IMG/VR virus record: IMGVR_UViG_3300022700_000278
Coordinates: 32,001-96,000 of that record
Source: a virus
Length of the DNA stretch: 64,000 bases
Strand: one strand, 5' to 3'
Part shown: positions 27,498 to 37,591 of the stretch, piece by piece
How the letters are laid out: every line of letters starts with the position of its first letter
How positions within the stretch are numbered: the stretch's first letter is position 1
The notes under the pieces: model-generated
What the model was told of the DNA's origin: nothing
The model's input: the letters and a program-made list of their open reading frames with translations, nothing else
Databases searched by the model: none
Translations under genes and position numbers: made by a program

Positions 27498-30116
27498 ATG
27501 CCTGCTAGCAGCAAATCACTGGCTTTTTCTGTTACGGTAACTAACGTATCGAATAAGTCTTTTCAGGCGGATGTCCGTGCTAATGTGAAAAAGCGCATTT
27601 CGGATATTCTTTATCTTGCCTCTCCGCCAGACGATTCTGTTCGCCTAGAATACGTTGGATCGAAAGAGGCAACTTCTTCTACTGCGCTTTTTATTGGCGA
27701 CAGAAGCGACAGGTTGTATCAGAATGTTGATATTGAAGAGGGGAGAGAGCTGATAGTAGAGGGGAGCTCTACTGGCGTCCAGCATAAAAAATTGCTGGTA
27801 ACACAAAAGTTTAAGGAGCGCGCAGGTCAAGCACGGCCGTTATACTATAAGCATGTGTTGCCGGCACAAATTGATCTGGACTCTGTCGCTTTGTTTGACA
27901 AAGATCTAGAAGAGATTGGCAAAGAAAAGTTTAGGGTAGAATTAATACAAGAATATGACGAGGCAACAGGGCAGCCTGCAACGCCGCCAAGCTACTCGTC
28001 TGTATATGTGTTTAACAGTTTAGGAAGTTGGTTTGATGAAAACACAGGAGAGCATGAGGTTTTCTATATTCAGTATATGGACTCAGACAATGTAGTGAAA
28101 ACCGAACTCCTTAGCAACGAGCCAGCTTATACCGAAGCAACTATTGATGATATCTGGTATGTAACAAATGAGCTGAAGCCTTGGTGCTATGCATATATCT
28201 TGGATTCGTCATACACGCTGACTTTGCCAGGCAATGTAGATGCAAAGCATATGGCAATCAAATATCTAGCTCGGTCTAAGATAGAGGTTCACCAGCCTAC
28301 TTTACACGATGACACTTCCCCTTGGTTTCCCAGGGTTTCGAACGGGTCTTTTCGTGATTCTTATGGTGGCTGGTCGTATTATTATGAAGTCTCTGAATTC
28401 AGCAGCCAAGCTTTTAATCCATATGAACCATATAGAATGACAGATCGTGGGTTGGGAACAAAAATATCTAGTAATATACTGAAGCTGCCTCACGAAAACT
28501 TGTACCTAGATGGCTTTGCAAGGGATCTCTCTATTGTTATAGAAAACAACGGTGTTGTTGTAAAAGCTTTAACAAGAGATGCCTCTTTGGTGGGAGACAA
28601 CTATACTACCTTTGATGGCAGCTATGTAAAAGACGAAGATGGAGACTATATAAAGTGGTCTTCGGATGAAATTCTTAGTGTTGATGAGCTTGGCGGGTTC
28701 GTAAAATTAAGTTTTGCGCTAAAAGACTATTGGGATTGCTGGTGTGCTTACACATATGAGGAAAATCTATATGAAGTCTCCAGTCTAAATATGAATCCTA
28801 TTTATGACAGTGAAGCACACAAACAGACTAGAGCGTTATATCTTGTTCCAAAATCTGCTCCCAATGGAAATACGGCGCAAACAAGAGCGGTTCAATATAT
28901 TAAAGTTTCCCCCGGGGGTATTATTCAAAAAGCCAGCCAAGACGGTTCCGGCAACAACAATGATATTTCTGGTGATGCTCAGCTTGGTGATGCCGACGGA
29001 CACTCTATCACAAACATAGTCGGTTTGCATTATAGTTGGAGGGCAGAAACAGATATTCAAGCAAGCTTTCAGTGCGCTCCTGGCTCCGCTGTGTCTGTGG
29101 CGGGCACGGATCGGTTTCCTCGAAGCGGCTGGGTTCGTTTCTTAGACAACAATGACCATTGGGTATATGCTAAATATTCAACAAAGACAAGTAACACACT
29201 TGTTTTTTCAAGTGATTCTGGAGAAACCCCAGACTCTACTCCAACTGTAACTTTTGGGGCTCCATCTTCGGCAAAGCTTCAGGTTGTTAATTTCTTAGAT
29301 CAATATACGACAAGCTCACATTATTCTTTTTCTAGTGAGCTTGTTCATTCCGGGCTTTCTTCTGGGCTTCCAAATTGTTATTCTAGGTTTTTGTTGTTGG
29401 CGGATCTGTCCATTAATCCTCCGCTGGGCATTGGGGATCTTGCAAAGATAGACGTAAGAGAAGAAGGTGGCGGAATCCTTCCTGACAAATACGAGGAAGC
29501 GAAGCTTCTAAACCCAGAGGCTCAGTGGTACCAAGATTTCTTGCGATATGATGGCCAGCCAACTCCGGGCAATGCTGCAGCAGTAATAAAATTGCCGTCA
29601 AAACTTCTCGAGGTATTTTCAAAAGATCAGATAGAAGAAATTGTTGACAACAACATTCCTTACGGAATCAAGCCGCTCATTCGGTATTATGGATACAAAC
29701 CAGAAATTCTATCTATATCAACCACCCCAGATGGACTCCTGGTTTGTTGGGAGCCAATGGGGCCGGACTTTACTTATACCGTATGGTGTTCTTCTAAGCC
29801 AGACGGACCATGGACAAAGCATAACGAAACCCGTCTAACAGATAATTCGCTTGGAAGGTCTTATGTAAAAAATTGCTATCTTGTTGATGGTTTGTCTTCT
29901 GGCGAGGTATACTATGTGAAGGTCACATGTCTTGATAGGTATGGTATGTGGCAGTGTAGCTATGACGGCTACGACTCTGTAGAAGGCGGAGAAGACAGGA
30001 TAGATGATGCTCCGGATCCCCCGTTCGGAAATTCAGTTTCTTTTAAGGTCAGTGTCGATGTTGTGTCTTATGGGTTCGGAGAGGGAGCATTCGGTGAAGA
30101 TGAATTTGGAGGCTAG
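27498..30116 (+). CDS. Structural protein with a C-terminal fibronectin type III-like domain
   Basis: 872 aa; LLVCWEP..YTVWCS..GPWTKHN..YLVDGLSSGEVYYVKVTCLD is FN3-like; ends GFGEGAFGEDEFGG. Confidence 0.55.
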   Translation: MPASSKSLAFSVTVTNVSNKSFQADVRANVKKRISDILYLASPPDDSVRLEYVGSKEATSSTALFIGDRSDRLYQNVDIEEGRELIVEGSSTGVQHKKLLVTQKFKERAGQARPLYYKHVLPAQIDLDSVALFDKDLEEIGKEKFRVELIQEYDEATGQPATPPSYSSVYVFNSLGSWFDENTGEHEVFYIQYMDSDNVVKTELLSNEPAYTEATIDDIWYVTNELKPWCYAYILDSSYTLTLPGNVDAKHMAIKYLARSKIEVHQPTLHDDTSPWFPRVSNGSFRDSYGGWSYYYEVSEFSSQAFNPYEPYRMTDRGLGTKISSNILKLPHENLYLDGFARDLSIVIENNGVVVKALTRDASLVGDNYTTFDGSYVKDEDGDYIKWSSDEILSVDELGGFVKLSFALKDYWDCWCAYTYEENLYEVSSLNMNPIYDSEAHKQTRALYLVPKSAPNGNTAQTRAVQYIKVSPGGIIQKASQDGSGNNNDISGDAQLGDADGHSITNIVGLHYSWRAETDIQASFQCAPGSAVSVAGTDRFPRSGWVRFLDNNDHWVYAKYSTKTSNTLVFSSDSGETPDSTPTVTFGAPSSAKLQVVNFLDQYTTSSHYSFSSELVHSGLSSGLPNCYSRFLLLADLSINPPLGIGDLAKIDVREEGGGILPDKYEEAKLLNPEAQWYQDFLRYDGQPTPGNAAAVIKLPSKLLEVFSKDQIEEIVDNNIPYGIKPLIRYYGYKPEILSISTTPDGLLVCWEPMGPDFTYTVWCSSKPDGPWTKHNETRLTDNSLGRSYVKNCYLVDGLSSGEVYYVKVTCLDRYGMWQCSYDGYDSVEGGEDRIDDAPDPPFGNSVSFKVSVDVVSYGFGEGAFGEDEFGG

Positions 30117-30118
30117 GG

Positions 30119-31018
30119 ATGCCAAACACTCCTAATAGAAGCTGGCCGTATCCAGCAAAGGGCGAAAAACCTTATTTCGCTTCGTTTCAGTCTTTTGCAA
30201 ACGCTATTGATTCGGACGTGCAATCTAATGTAGATGACGTCTCGACCAATACTGGCAATATCAGTAGTCTCCAGACTAGTCTGTCTGGGGTGCAAAGTTT
30301 CATGCCTACTGGAGCACAGAGCTTTGGTGGTGGAGGCGGTCCGTATAGCATAACTACGGGCATGAGCGGGTATTCTATAACCTCTCCTACTAGCGGAGAT
30401 GTTCTGGAGCTTCCTGCTCCTAGTAGTGGTTTGAGTTATTTTATTAGTTGTGCTGGCGCAGGTAGCGACTATGTTGTGTTAGACGCGAGTACAAACGGTG
30501 GGACAATATTTGGGCCGTTCCAAACTTATTCTGGGGGAGGAGCAACTTGGAATAAGATGCGTATATTTGGAATGCCAAATTGGGTTTTTGTCTATGCGGC
30601 TGAGATTTTAGGATCTTGGAACTGGGTGGTCTGGGGCGGAACTGCCAAGATAATGAACGACGATGACACCGAAGAGTGGATGAATCTTTCATTCTATCCA
30701 GAAGAGGCTCTATTAGATCAAGCCTACAGCATTAGTGCAAGTATGACTGGTGCTAGTCGGTATAACTACAAATGGTATAACGTTGTTTTTGTAGATTGTA
30801 GCGGAGGAGCAATAGATGTTGAGATCTCTAGCAACCTAATCGGTATAGATGGCTGGACTTGTACTTTTGTAGACAGTTCAGGAGATGCGGGAGCAAACAA
30901 TATTACTCTTAGCACAGAGGGAGATGAAAAAATTATTGGTCAAGATGAATTTGTCTTGTCTGCTGATTATAACAGCGTCACTCTTGTTGCTAATGGCAAC
31001 AATTTGTTTGTTAAGTAA
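30119..31018 (+). CDS. Short tail fibre-like protein
   Basis: 299 aa; N-terminal TPNRSWPYP fibre-anchor motif plus short coiled coil; C-terminal VDCSGGAIDV..FVDSSGDAGANNITL..EKIIG..VTLVANG fibre module. Confidence 0.6.
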   Translation: MPNTPNRSWPYPAKGEKPYFASFQSFANAIDSDVQSNVDDVSTNTGNISSLQTSLSGVQSFMPTGAQSFGGGGGPYSITTGMSGYSITSPTSGDVLELPAPSSGLSYFISCAGAGSDYVVLDASTNGGTIFGPFQTYSGGGATWNKMRIFGMPNWVFVYAAEILGSWNWVVWGGTAKIMNDDDTEEWMNLSFYPEEALLDQAYSISASMTGASRYNYKWYNVVFVDCSGGAIDVEISSNLIGIDGWTCTFVDSSGDAGANNITLSTEGDEKIIGQDEFVLSADYNSVTLVANGNNLFVK

Positions 31019-31021
31019 AAC

Positions 31022-31588
31022 ATGCAGGTAGACAAGACAGTACACCCAGCCCTAATCCCTTTGATGGCCGTCTCTAGTATAGTTGGCCTTGTTCTGGTTG
31101 TTCTTGGCATCTTGTATTTAGAGAAGATCGGCTTGTTAGTTGCGGTGTTGGTTGGATCGGTATTCGTGGCTGGGGGGCAAGTTGCTTTTTGGGCAAATTT
31201 TCTTTACAACAAGAATATTTGGGAAAAGTATGTTGTTCGATTTGGGAATGTGTATTGGTTTGATTTTTGTCGCGCACCGAAAGTAAAAAATTTTATTTTT
31301 GAGCTACGATATTTAGAGCGCGAAGTGCAACACTTGCTAGGAAAGTATGGAGAAAGAAAAATTTCCGAACCGCTTTGTTGCTTTGTTATGAATCCGGGAG
31401 AGGTTTTTTGGAAAAACAAACACGCAATGGGGCTGCAACTAAACAACTGGATCAAGATAGAGTGGCGAGGAAGAAGCATTTCTTATAAGCTAGCAAGGCA
31501 TGAAATGATGCACTATTTTCTTTCTAAAGCAATGCCCACTTCTTCTGAGCAAGAGCAACATGAGATTATGAAAAAATGTATCAACTAG
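31022..31588 (+). CDS. Membrane protein with two N-terminal TM helices and a C-terminal HExxH motif
   Basis: 188 aa; two hydrophobic segments in the first 60 aa; ARHEMMHY. Confidence 0.55.
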   Translation: MQVDKTVHPALIPLMAVSSIVGLVLVVLGILYLEKIGLLVAVLVGSVFVAGGQVAFWANFLYNKNIWEKYVVRFGNVYWFDFCRAPKVKNFIFELRYLEREVQHLLGKYGERKISEPLCCFVMNPGEVFWKNKHAMGLQLNNWIKIEWRGRSISYKLARHEMMHYFLSKAMPTSSEQEQHEIMKKCIN

Positions 31589-31749
31589 ATCGAGAAAATA
31601 TTTATCACAGGACTGCCCCGGGACATTCTGGGCTTGGCTTGGTATCTCCTGGGACAGAAGACTCTGAAGTGTGGGGCGCAAGAACAGAACCAGATGTTAA
31701 GTATATTGTGTTGCCCGAGACAAACAGCTATTACACAGAGGGAGACTAA
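31576..31749 (+). CDS. Small hypothetical protein (57 aa), absent from the ORF track
   Basis: MYQLDRENIYHRTAPGHSGLGLVSPGTEDSEVWGARTEPDVKYIVLPETNSYYTEGD; fills the gap exactly; its TAA overlaps the next ATG (TAATG). Confidence 0.6.
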   Translation: MYQLDRENIYHRTAPGHSGLGLVSPGTEDSEVWGARTEPDVKYIVLPETNSYYTEGD

Positions 31750-32306
31750 TGACTGTTAGCATAACTATTTCTGGAGAATCTGCCGGCAATCCTATTGACG
31801 AGGTAACCGATTCTGGCAGTCTTGATCCCGGCACTGCTGCTGATGCAGTAAGCTTGTATATCCGCCATGATGCTGCAGTGTGGCAAATTACAGACTGTGC
31901 CTTTTATCTGGTTAGATATGTTGGCTCAGAGTCCGGAACACCAGACCAAGATTTTTCCGATATTATAGGGTGGGGAGACGCCACGATTGCGCTTAATCCT
32001 AATGCGCATGGTGTTAGCGAAGATCCCGACTACGGTGGTTTCTATTTAAACATGAACCACTCTGGTGGGTTCCCTACATCTGATTGGCATCCCTTTTATA
32101 CTGGACGAGGAGACTCTGCGGACAACGCTGTTGTCCTTAGTCAAAATGCAATTAATGATTCCGGCTCTGGGTGGACTCCTGCAGATGGAGAAATTCCATT
32201 TCAAGGAGAAGCACATATAAAGGTTCGGTGGGACATTCCGGCGAATGTTTCAGATGCTGGGTCTTTGTTGATTCAGCTTGTAATGACATATAGCTACACC
32301 TCATAG
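31749..32306 (+). CDS. Hypothetical structural protein
   Basis: 185 aa, acidic beta-rich; RBS GAGGGAG. Confidence 0.6.
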   Translation: MTVSITISGESAGNPIDEVTDSGSLDPGTAADAVSLYIRHDAAVWQITDCAFYLVRYVGSESGTPDQDFSDIIGWGDATIALNPNAHGVSEDPDYGGFYLNMNHSGGFPTSDWHPFYTGRGDSADNAVVLSQNAINDSGSGWTPADGEIPFQGEAHIKVRWDIPANVSDAGSLLIQLVMTYSYTS

Positions 32307-32321
32307 TGGAGGCTGTTTTTC

Positions 32322-32555
32322 ATGTCGAATAGCACAGATGTTCAAGCTTTAAAGCGACTTGAAAGAATGGTCGGTTATACAAAAGCACTAGGGAATTTTT
32401 GCGAAGAATACTACGACTCTACCGATCCCTACACTCCACACGGAGAGTGTCCTTTTTGGACTGGCTCGGAATGTGTGTTGCAGTCAACCCACCCTAGTGA
32501 TTGGGATGATTTTGTGGTGGCTGCCGCGAACAAGGTAGAGGAAGAGACCTCTTAG
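32322..32555 (+). CDS. Small hypothetical protein with three Cys (C..CPF..C)
   Basis: 77 aa; RBS GGAGG. Confidence 0.6.
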   Translation: MSNSTDVQALKRLERMVGYTKALGNFCEEYYDSTDPYTPHGECPFWTGSECVLQSTHPSDWDDFVVAAANKVEEETS

Positions 32556-32558
32556 GTG

Positions 32559-32567
32559 TGGTAAAAT
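32559..32567 (+). promoter_or_regulatory. Extended -10 promoter element TGGTAAAAT
   Basis: TGnTAAAAT in the intergenic gap ahead of the AGGAGG RBS of the ORF at 32607. Confidence 0.45.
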
Positions 32568-32606
32568 ATACTAAGGTGTACCTGCTAGACTAGGAGGGCG
32601 ATTTAT

Positions 32607-33536
32607 TTGTCTATTCCAAACACCCTTAAGGGTCGAGATTATTCTTCTTTTAAAGAAATAAGCCAGCCGTTTTATATTGATCCAGATGCCAATATCGTTC
32701 GGGCAGTTGGGGGATTATGTTCTGTTTATCCTCGCTCGTATAATGACGGAGATGCTGTTCCGTTTCATTTTGATTCCCAGGGACGTCTAAAAGTAGACAC
32801 AGAAATGACCCTGCAAGGGGATGTCGTTGTTGACAACCTCGGTGTTTTTGCTACTGATATTTCAGATTTTTCTACTGCTGGTCTGGCTCTAATTGATAGC
32901 GACGGACACTTACAGGCCGATGTTCTTTCTCTCCCTGGCGGGCTGACCGGCCAGGAGGAAGATTCTCCTCACACTTCTGGTGATGTTGGCTTCATGGCCT
33001 TGGCTGTTCGCCATGATATTGCAAGCAGTCTTGTGAATTTTGATTCTGATTACGCCCCGCTTCAAGTTACCCAGGTTGGAAATCTCAGGGTGGATACATC
33101 TTCTCTTGGTGGGGAAGATATCTCTAGCACCAGCACAATTCTTAACGAAACTGCTATTTCTGCTGATCCTGGGGATAGTTACTCAAGCGAAGTGACAATG
33201 TCTCCTTACAAAGATATTTCTTTTCAACTGTACTTAAAAGGTGGCGTTGACGCTGCTGTGAACGATGAGACAGTCACCGTAACCGTGGAGGGAACCAACA
33301 GCTTAGAAATAAGTGGTACTCCTCGGTGGGTAGATATTACAAAATCCGTATATAATGCAAATGATTATTCTTACGAGAATGCTACTTTTGCTGCAACGGG
33401 TGCGGTGGCTGTTGACTTTTTGCTAGATCTAGACAACTGCAATTATGACAAAGTCAGGCTGAAATATACTTGGAGTGGCGATCCAGATGCAACAAACGGT
33501 GCTATTGTTGCCGTTGCTAGGAGGAAGAGCTTGTAA
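32607..33536 (+). CDS. Fibre-like structural protein
   Basis: 309 aa, TTG start with AGGAGG; EDSPHTSGDVGFMALAVR..DYAPLQV..GNLRV segment and repeated D..G.L.VD units resembling phage fibre proteins. Confidence 0.55.
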   Translation: MSIPNTLKGRDYSSFKEISQPFYIDPDANIVRAVGGLCSVYPRSYNDGDAVPFHFDSQGRLKVDTEMTLQGDVVVDNLGVFATDISDFSTAGLALIDSDGHLQADVLSLPGGLTGQEEDSPHTSGDVGFMALAVRHDIASSLVNFDSDYAPLQVTQVGNLRVDTSSLGGEDISSTSTILNETAISADPGDSYSSEVTMSPYKDISFQLYLKGGVDAAVNDETVTVTVEGTNSLEISGTPRWVDITKSVYNANDYSYENATFAATGAVAVDFLLDLDNCNYDKVRLKYTWSGDPDATNGAIVAVARRKSL

Positions 33537-34840
33537 TGAGACCTCCATATATACCAGAGCCTGAGAGCACTTCTGAAGACATGGACATCTACGTCGACGG
33601 GGCAACCGGGAATGATACGACCGGAAAAGGGACTGCTGCTCTTCCTTATGCTACGATCCCACGAGCCTACGAAGACATCCCGGACGTGATCCAGCACGAG
33701 TGCCGGGTCTACATCGAGGGTTCCGGCGGCCCCTACACGGACTGGCCAGACGTGATCAATGTGGAGTTCCGTGAGGGCGGGTTCCTGTCGTTCATCGGGG
33801 TCGGTGCAGTGAACGAGGTCGCCGGCCCGTTCACGCTGACCGGCCACTCCGCGCTGCATATGAGCGCTGGCGACAAGATGACCGTGGCTGGTGCCGGTTG
33901 GACGCCAGACGACTACGCGCTGAAGTATGCCCGGTTCAGCTCCGGAGCGTTGGCCGGCAAGGTCCTGCCCGTGTTTTCCAACACGGCGGACTCGCTGTTC
34001 ACCATGTGCTCGTACGGGGTCGGGGTCGGTGACTCGTTCACGATCGTGGAGCCGACGCCACAGGTCGTCGACACCAGCACGGAGGCGAAAGTTCTCGTCA
34101 AGGATCACACCGGAGGGCCAGACCCGGCATTCTCCATCGTGAACCTGGACATCCAGGTAAAAACGTTCAGCCTGGAAGGGTCGGGTGACTGGGAGGCCGG
34201 TCTCGGATTTTTCTTGGCCAAGATTGGGTGTGACTCGTACGGGAGTTATAGTAAGGACGTCAAGATCGGCTGGGAAGCTGCCAGCGCCGCACAGGTCGAT
34301 GGCACAGGTACTAGCATCACGCTGTCAGGCACCTACGGGCCGGGCGTGTTCTACCGCATCGGGTCAGAGCTGAGCACGTCGGACTCCATTGCAACGATTG
34401 ATGGCGGCACGTGGTGCTGCGTGACAAGAAACCTCGTCTATGTGCAAGATACGACATTCTTTCAGTTCTTCTGCGCAGGACGGGTAGATGCGTATCAGTC
34501 GCCAATCATCCAGTTCGGCCTGATATGGAGCAAAGTCAAGACCTGGCCCTGCTGTGATTGGTGGGTGCGTGCGCTCCACTTCGTTGGCGAGTCGACGAGG
34601 TTCATGGATGTCGGCGATGTCTCCTCGTTGCGGGTCGAAGACTTGTCTTCAGAGGCGAACGCGACATCGTACGCCTTCGACATCGGTGAGATGGCGAGGG
34701 TGTTCGTCGAGAGCGGCGTCACGATCGACGGCGACACCGACACCATTTCGTGGGACTCCGGCGCTGCCGACGCTTCGATGCCCGCCGCCGACACGCTGAT
34801 CGACGACGGCAGGGGCGCTCAGCTTTACTGGAAGGCATAA
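33536..34840 (+). CDS. Receptor-binding/tailspike-like protein, paralogue 1
   Basis: 434 aa; DIYVDGATGNDTTG.G....PYATI..AYED.P..I.H motif typical of N-termini of beta-helix/tailspike proteins; GC-rich body. Confidence 0.65.
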   Translation: MRPPYIPEPESTSEDMDIYVDGATGNDTTGKGTAALPYATIPRAYEDIPDVIQHECRVYIEGSGGPYTDWPDVINVEFREGGFLSFIGVGAVNEVAGPFTLTGHSALHMSAGDKMTVAGAGWTPDDYALKYARFSSGALAGKVLPVFSNTADSLFTMCSYGVGVGDSFTIVEPTPQVVDTSTEAKVLVKDHTGGPDPAFSIVNLDIQVKTFSLEGSGDWEAGLGFFLAKIGCDSYGSYSKDVKIGWEAASAAQVDGTGTSITLSGTYGPGVFYRIGSELSTSDSIATIDGGTWCCVTRNLVYVQDTTFFQFFCAGRVDAYQSPIIQFGLIWSKVKTWPCCDWWVRALHFVGESTRFMDVGDVSSLRVEDLSSEANATSYAFDIGEMARVFVESGVTIDGDTDTISWDSGAADASMPAADTLIDDGRGAQLYWKA

Positions 34841-34952
34841 CCGGGAGATAAGATATGACACATCTAAGATCAACAAAGAGCGGAACAATCAAAGTCCTAT
34901 CTTCAGGGCAAACTGCTACGATTGAAAACATGGACCTCTACGTCGACGGGGC
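33579..34952 (+). repeat. Direct repeat ACATGGAC(A/C)TCTACGTCGACGGGGC at 33579-33603 and 34928-34952
   Basis: 24 of 25 bases identical, read directly from the sequence. Confidence 0.85.
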
Positions 34953-36261
34953 GACGGGCTCCGATTCTACCGGAGACGGGTCGGCGGGTTCGCCCTACGC
35001 CACGATTGCTAGGGCGTGCGAGGACGTGCCCGAGGTGATTGCTCACAACGTCTGTATCCTCGTTGACGAGGCCAGTGGACATCTCTACGACTGTCCCGCG
35101 CTGATGCAGAACACGTTCAAAGGGAAGAACGGGGCGCTGTCGCTGGTGGGGGTAGGTAGCCCGACGGAAGAGGTTTCGTCGTTCACGCTGACAGGCGACT
35201 CAGCGCTCGGAACAGAGGCTGGGCACCAGTTCGACTGTGCGGGAGCAGGCTGGACGGATAAGGAGCACAGCGGATTTTTCCTCAATCCAACCACCGGTGC
35301 GGCGGCTGGGAAGTACATCCCGATCCTGAACAACGATTCGGATAGCCTGTGGTGTCCGTACCGAGATCCGGTTCCGGCCAGCGGTGACGACTGTCGAATC
35401 GTCCATCCGTCGACGAGGGTGAAGGTCTCGGATAGCACCTTCCTAGTAGGTGGCGCGGACAGTTACGATTCTTCATGGAACCACAGTCGGCTCGGACTGT
35501 TCAACATGCAGTTGGAGCTATCTGATGCTGTCTCGTGGATTCGGATGACTGGAGAAATCCAGATCAGTTTCTGCGTCTTTCTAGTCAACGATGCGGCATA
35601 TGATCCGATTAGCGTGAGCGGGGCCAACATAAATAGATGGCCTTTACTCGACACAAGCGCGGCGGGGAAGAGCGGGCTGTCGGGGCTTGAACCGGCAGGC
35701 TTTTCCAAGGATCAGGTGGGCTTTACGGGACGGCGAGAAACGCCTGGTAGCGGTGCGTTTGGGATACTAATAACAGAACCGCGCGCCTCGGCAAATCTTT
35801 ATGCTGGCGGGTATTGCGCGTTGGAATCTGAGTTCGCGGTGTTCGGCAATTTGCATTTCTACCTCTGCGGCTTCGGCAGGCTAGGCACTGGAGACTTGTA
35901 CGGTTCCATAATACATACCCTTGTTGATGGCATGGGCTCGAACGATGGGATCACTGCCTATACCGGAGCCAGTTTGCGGATCAGCAAGACCCATGTGAGA
36001 GACGCCACAATGGCATTCGAGCTTGGCTATGGAAGCCATTACATCAAGGATTGCAGCAACGATCCGACGACTGCGGATTACGGTATAATTTGCGGAGCAG
36101 GGGGTTTCGTCAGGATTGGGGACGCCTGTGCCAATCTGTCGGGGACTACGAACGACATCAAGTTCACGGCTCCGGATCCAGACACGAACGCAGCGTGGCC
36201 AGCGGCGGCAGGAGATCAAACAACAGACGGCCTTGGGGCTTCGGTTGTACGAACGGGATAG
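34855..36261 (+). CDS. Receptor-binding/tailspike-like protein, paralogue 2
   Basis: 468 aa; same DLYVDGATGSD..PYATIARA.EDVP..IAH motif; GC-rich body. Confidence 0.65.
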   Translation: MTHLRSTKSGTIKVLSSGQTATIENMDLYVDGATGSDSTGDGSAGSPYATIARACEDVPEVIAHNVCILVDEASGHLYDCPALMQNTFKGKNGALSLVGVGSPTEEVSSFTLTGDSALGTEAGHQFDCAGAGWTDKEHSGFFLNPTTGAAAGKYIPILNNDSDSLWCPYRDPVPASGDDCRIVHPSTRVKVSDSTFLVGGADSYDSSWNHSRLGLFNMQLELSDAVSWIRMTGEIQISFCVFLVNDAAYDPISVSGANINRWPLLDTSAAGKSGLSGLEPAGFSKDQVGFTGRRETPGSGAFGILITEPRASANLYAGGYCALESEFAVFGNLHFYLCGFGRLGTGDLYGSIIHTLVDGMGSNDGITAYTGASLRISKTHVRDATMAFELGYGSHYIKDCSNDPTTADYGIICGAGGFVRIGDACANLSGTTNDIKFTAPDPDTNAAWPAAAGDQTTDGLGASVVRTG

Positions 36262-36425
36262 AGTGAAACAAACATGACTATTAAAAAACCAATCGGCAAC
36301 GGCGAAATTGAAATTTGTCCTGACGGGAGAACCAGAACTCTCTCTAACCTTGATATTTACGTAAACGGCTCAACAGGCTCTGATACTACTGGTAATGGTT
36401 CTTCTGGTTCGCCCTACGCCACGAT
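34987..36425 (+). repeat. Exact 20-bp direct repeat GGTTCGCCCTACGCCACGAT at 34987-35006 and 36406-36425
   Basis: Identical in paralogues 2 and 3; coincides with the codon-usage switch in paralogue 3. Confidence 0.85.
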
Positions 36426-37578
36426 CACGCGGGCGTACGAAGACGTGCCGTACTGCATCGCCCACGCTGTCCATATCCACGTCGCCGCCGGCGCGTACAC
36501 CGACTTCCCCGACGTGATCGAAAACGACGTCACGGCGAGCGGCCAGATCGTCATCGACGGGTCGGCAGCGCTCGCAGACGTCGCCACAGGCCTTGCCATC
36601 GCGGGCGGCGGCTGGTCCGTCTCGTTGGCAGAGGTTGCGGGTATCATCACCGAGGCCAGCGGCGGCCTCACGCCCGACGCATTCCGCAACAAGTTCATCC
36701 AGTTCACGGACGGTCCGCGTGCCGGGTTGCTCGCGACCGTCGCCAAAAACACGGCCACCGAGATCGTGATGGGGTGCCATTCGACGGCACCCGTCGCCGG
36801 AGACGCGTTCAAGATCGTCGAACCGGGCGTAAGCATCACCGTCGCCAAGGACATTGAGGTACGGGGGAACGTCGCGCTGGTCGGTATCGACTTCGACAAC
36901 GCGCCGAACCTGCTCACGGTCTTGGCCGGGTCCAAGTTCGTCAACGCCTGTTCGCAGATTTCAGGCGGCAACGCTGGCGGATTCATCGCCGGATTCCGGC
37001 ACGACACGGATTCGCGGGTCGACTGCCGTGGCCAGAACCTGCTCGCAGCCGACGTCGCGGGCTTGCTCACGACCGGGGAGTCCTGCGCCGTGTTCGACTG
37101 CGTTACCCTGTCTCTGGGTTGGCTGCGGGCCTTCCAGGCAGACGGCAGTGTGTTCTGCCGAGGCCCCGCAAACATTCAGGAATGCGTGTCGATGGACGGC
37201 TACCTGTACGCGGAATGGGCAAACAGCAAACCTTTGTTCACCGACGTCTATCGGGACAGCGCGAACTATGGGGTGTACCTCGCGACCGGGGCCGAGGCGC
37301 ACATCACGCGCCTGTTCGTCGAGGCTGGTACCGATGCGGTGTACCTCAGCAACGCGTGCAAGGCGTACATGGATGGTGTTGACGGTACTGCGGCAAACGT
37401 GAGCGGTCATTCCGTCATGGTCGGGCGCGGTGCGCGCGCCGTCGCCAAGAAGTCTAGCTGCACCTTGGTTGGCACGACCGGGCAGGTCGGATGGGGCAAC
37501 GGTGCGGCGTCCGTCGCATGGCCCAACCAGGACGTCGCCGTAACAGACGCTGTCGACGCAACTGTAGTCGGCGTGTGA
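36274..37578 (+). CDS. Receptor-binding/tailspike-like protein, paralogue 3
   Basis: 434 aa; DIYVNGSTGSD..PYATITRAYEDVP..IAH motif; GC-rich body. Confidence 0.65.
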   Translation: MTIKKPIGNGEIEICPDGRTRTLSNLDIYVNGSTGSDTTGNGSSGSPYATITRAYEDVPYCIAHAVHIHVAAGAYTDFPDVIENDVTASGQIVIDGSAALADVATGLAIAGGGWSVSLAEVAGIITEASGGLTPDAFRNKFIQFTDGPRAGLLATVAKNTATEIVMGCHSTAPVAGDAFKIVEPGVSITVAKDIEVRGNVALVGIDFDNAPNLLTVLAGSKFVNACSQISGGNAGGFIAGFRHDTDSRVDCRGQNLLAADVAGLLTTGESCAVFDCVTLSLGWLRAFQADGSVFCRGPANIQECVSMDGYLYAEWANSKPLFTDVYRDSANYGVYLATGAEAHITRLFVEAGTDAVYLSNACKAYMDGVDGTAANVSGHSVMVGRGARAVAKKSSCTLVGTTGQVGWGNGAASVAWPNQDVAVTDAVDATVVGV

Positions 37579-37591
37579 CAAGGAGGAAACC

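Noticed and set aside
31589-31748. Apparent non-coding gap that might hold an ncRNA
   Set aside because: Fully explained by a coupled 57-aa ORF
33536-37578. Diversity-generating retroelement or invertible shufflon behind the fibre paralogues
   Set aside because: No reverse transcriptase or recombinase in the window, no long template/variable repeat pair with adenine-specific mismatches, and all repeats are direct rather than inverted
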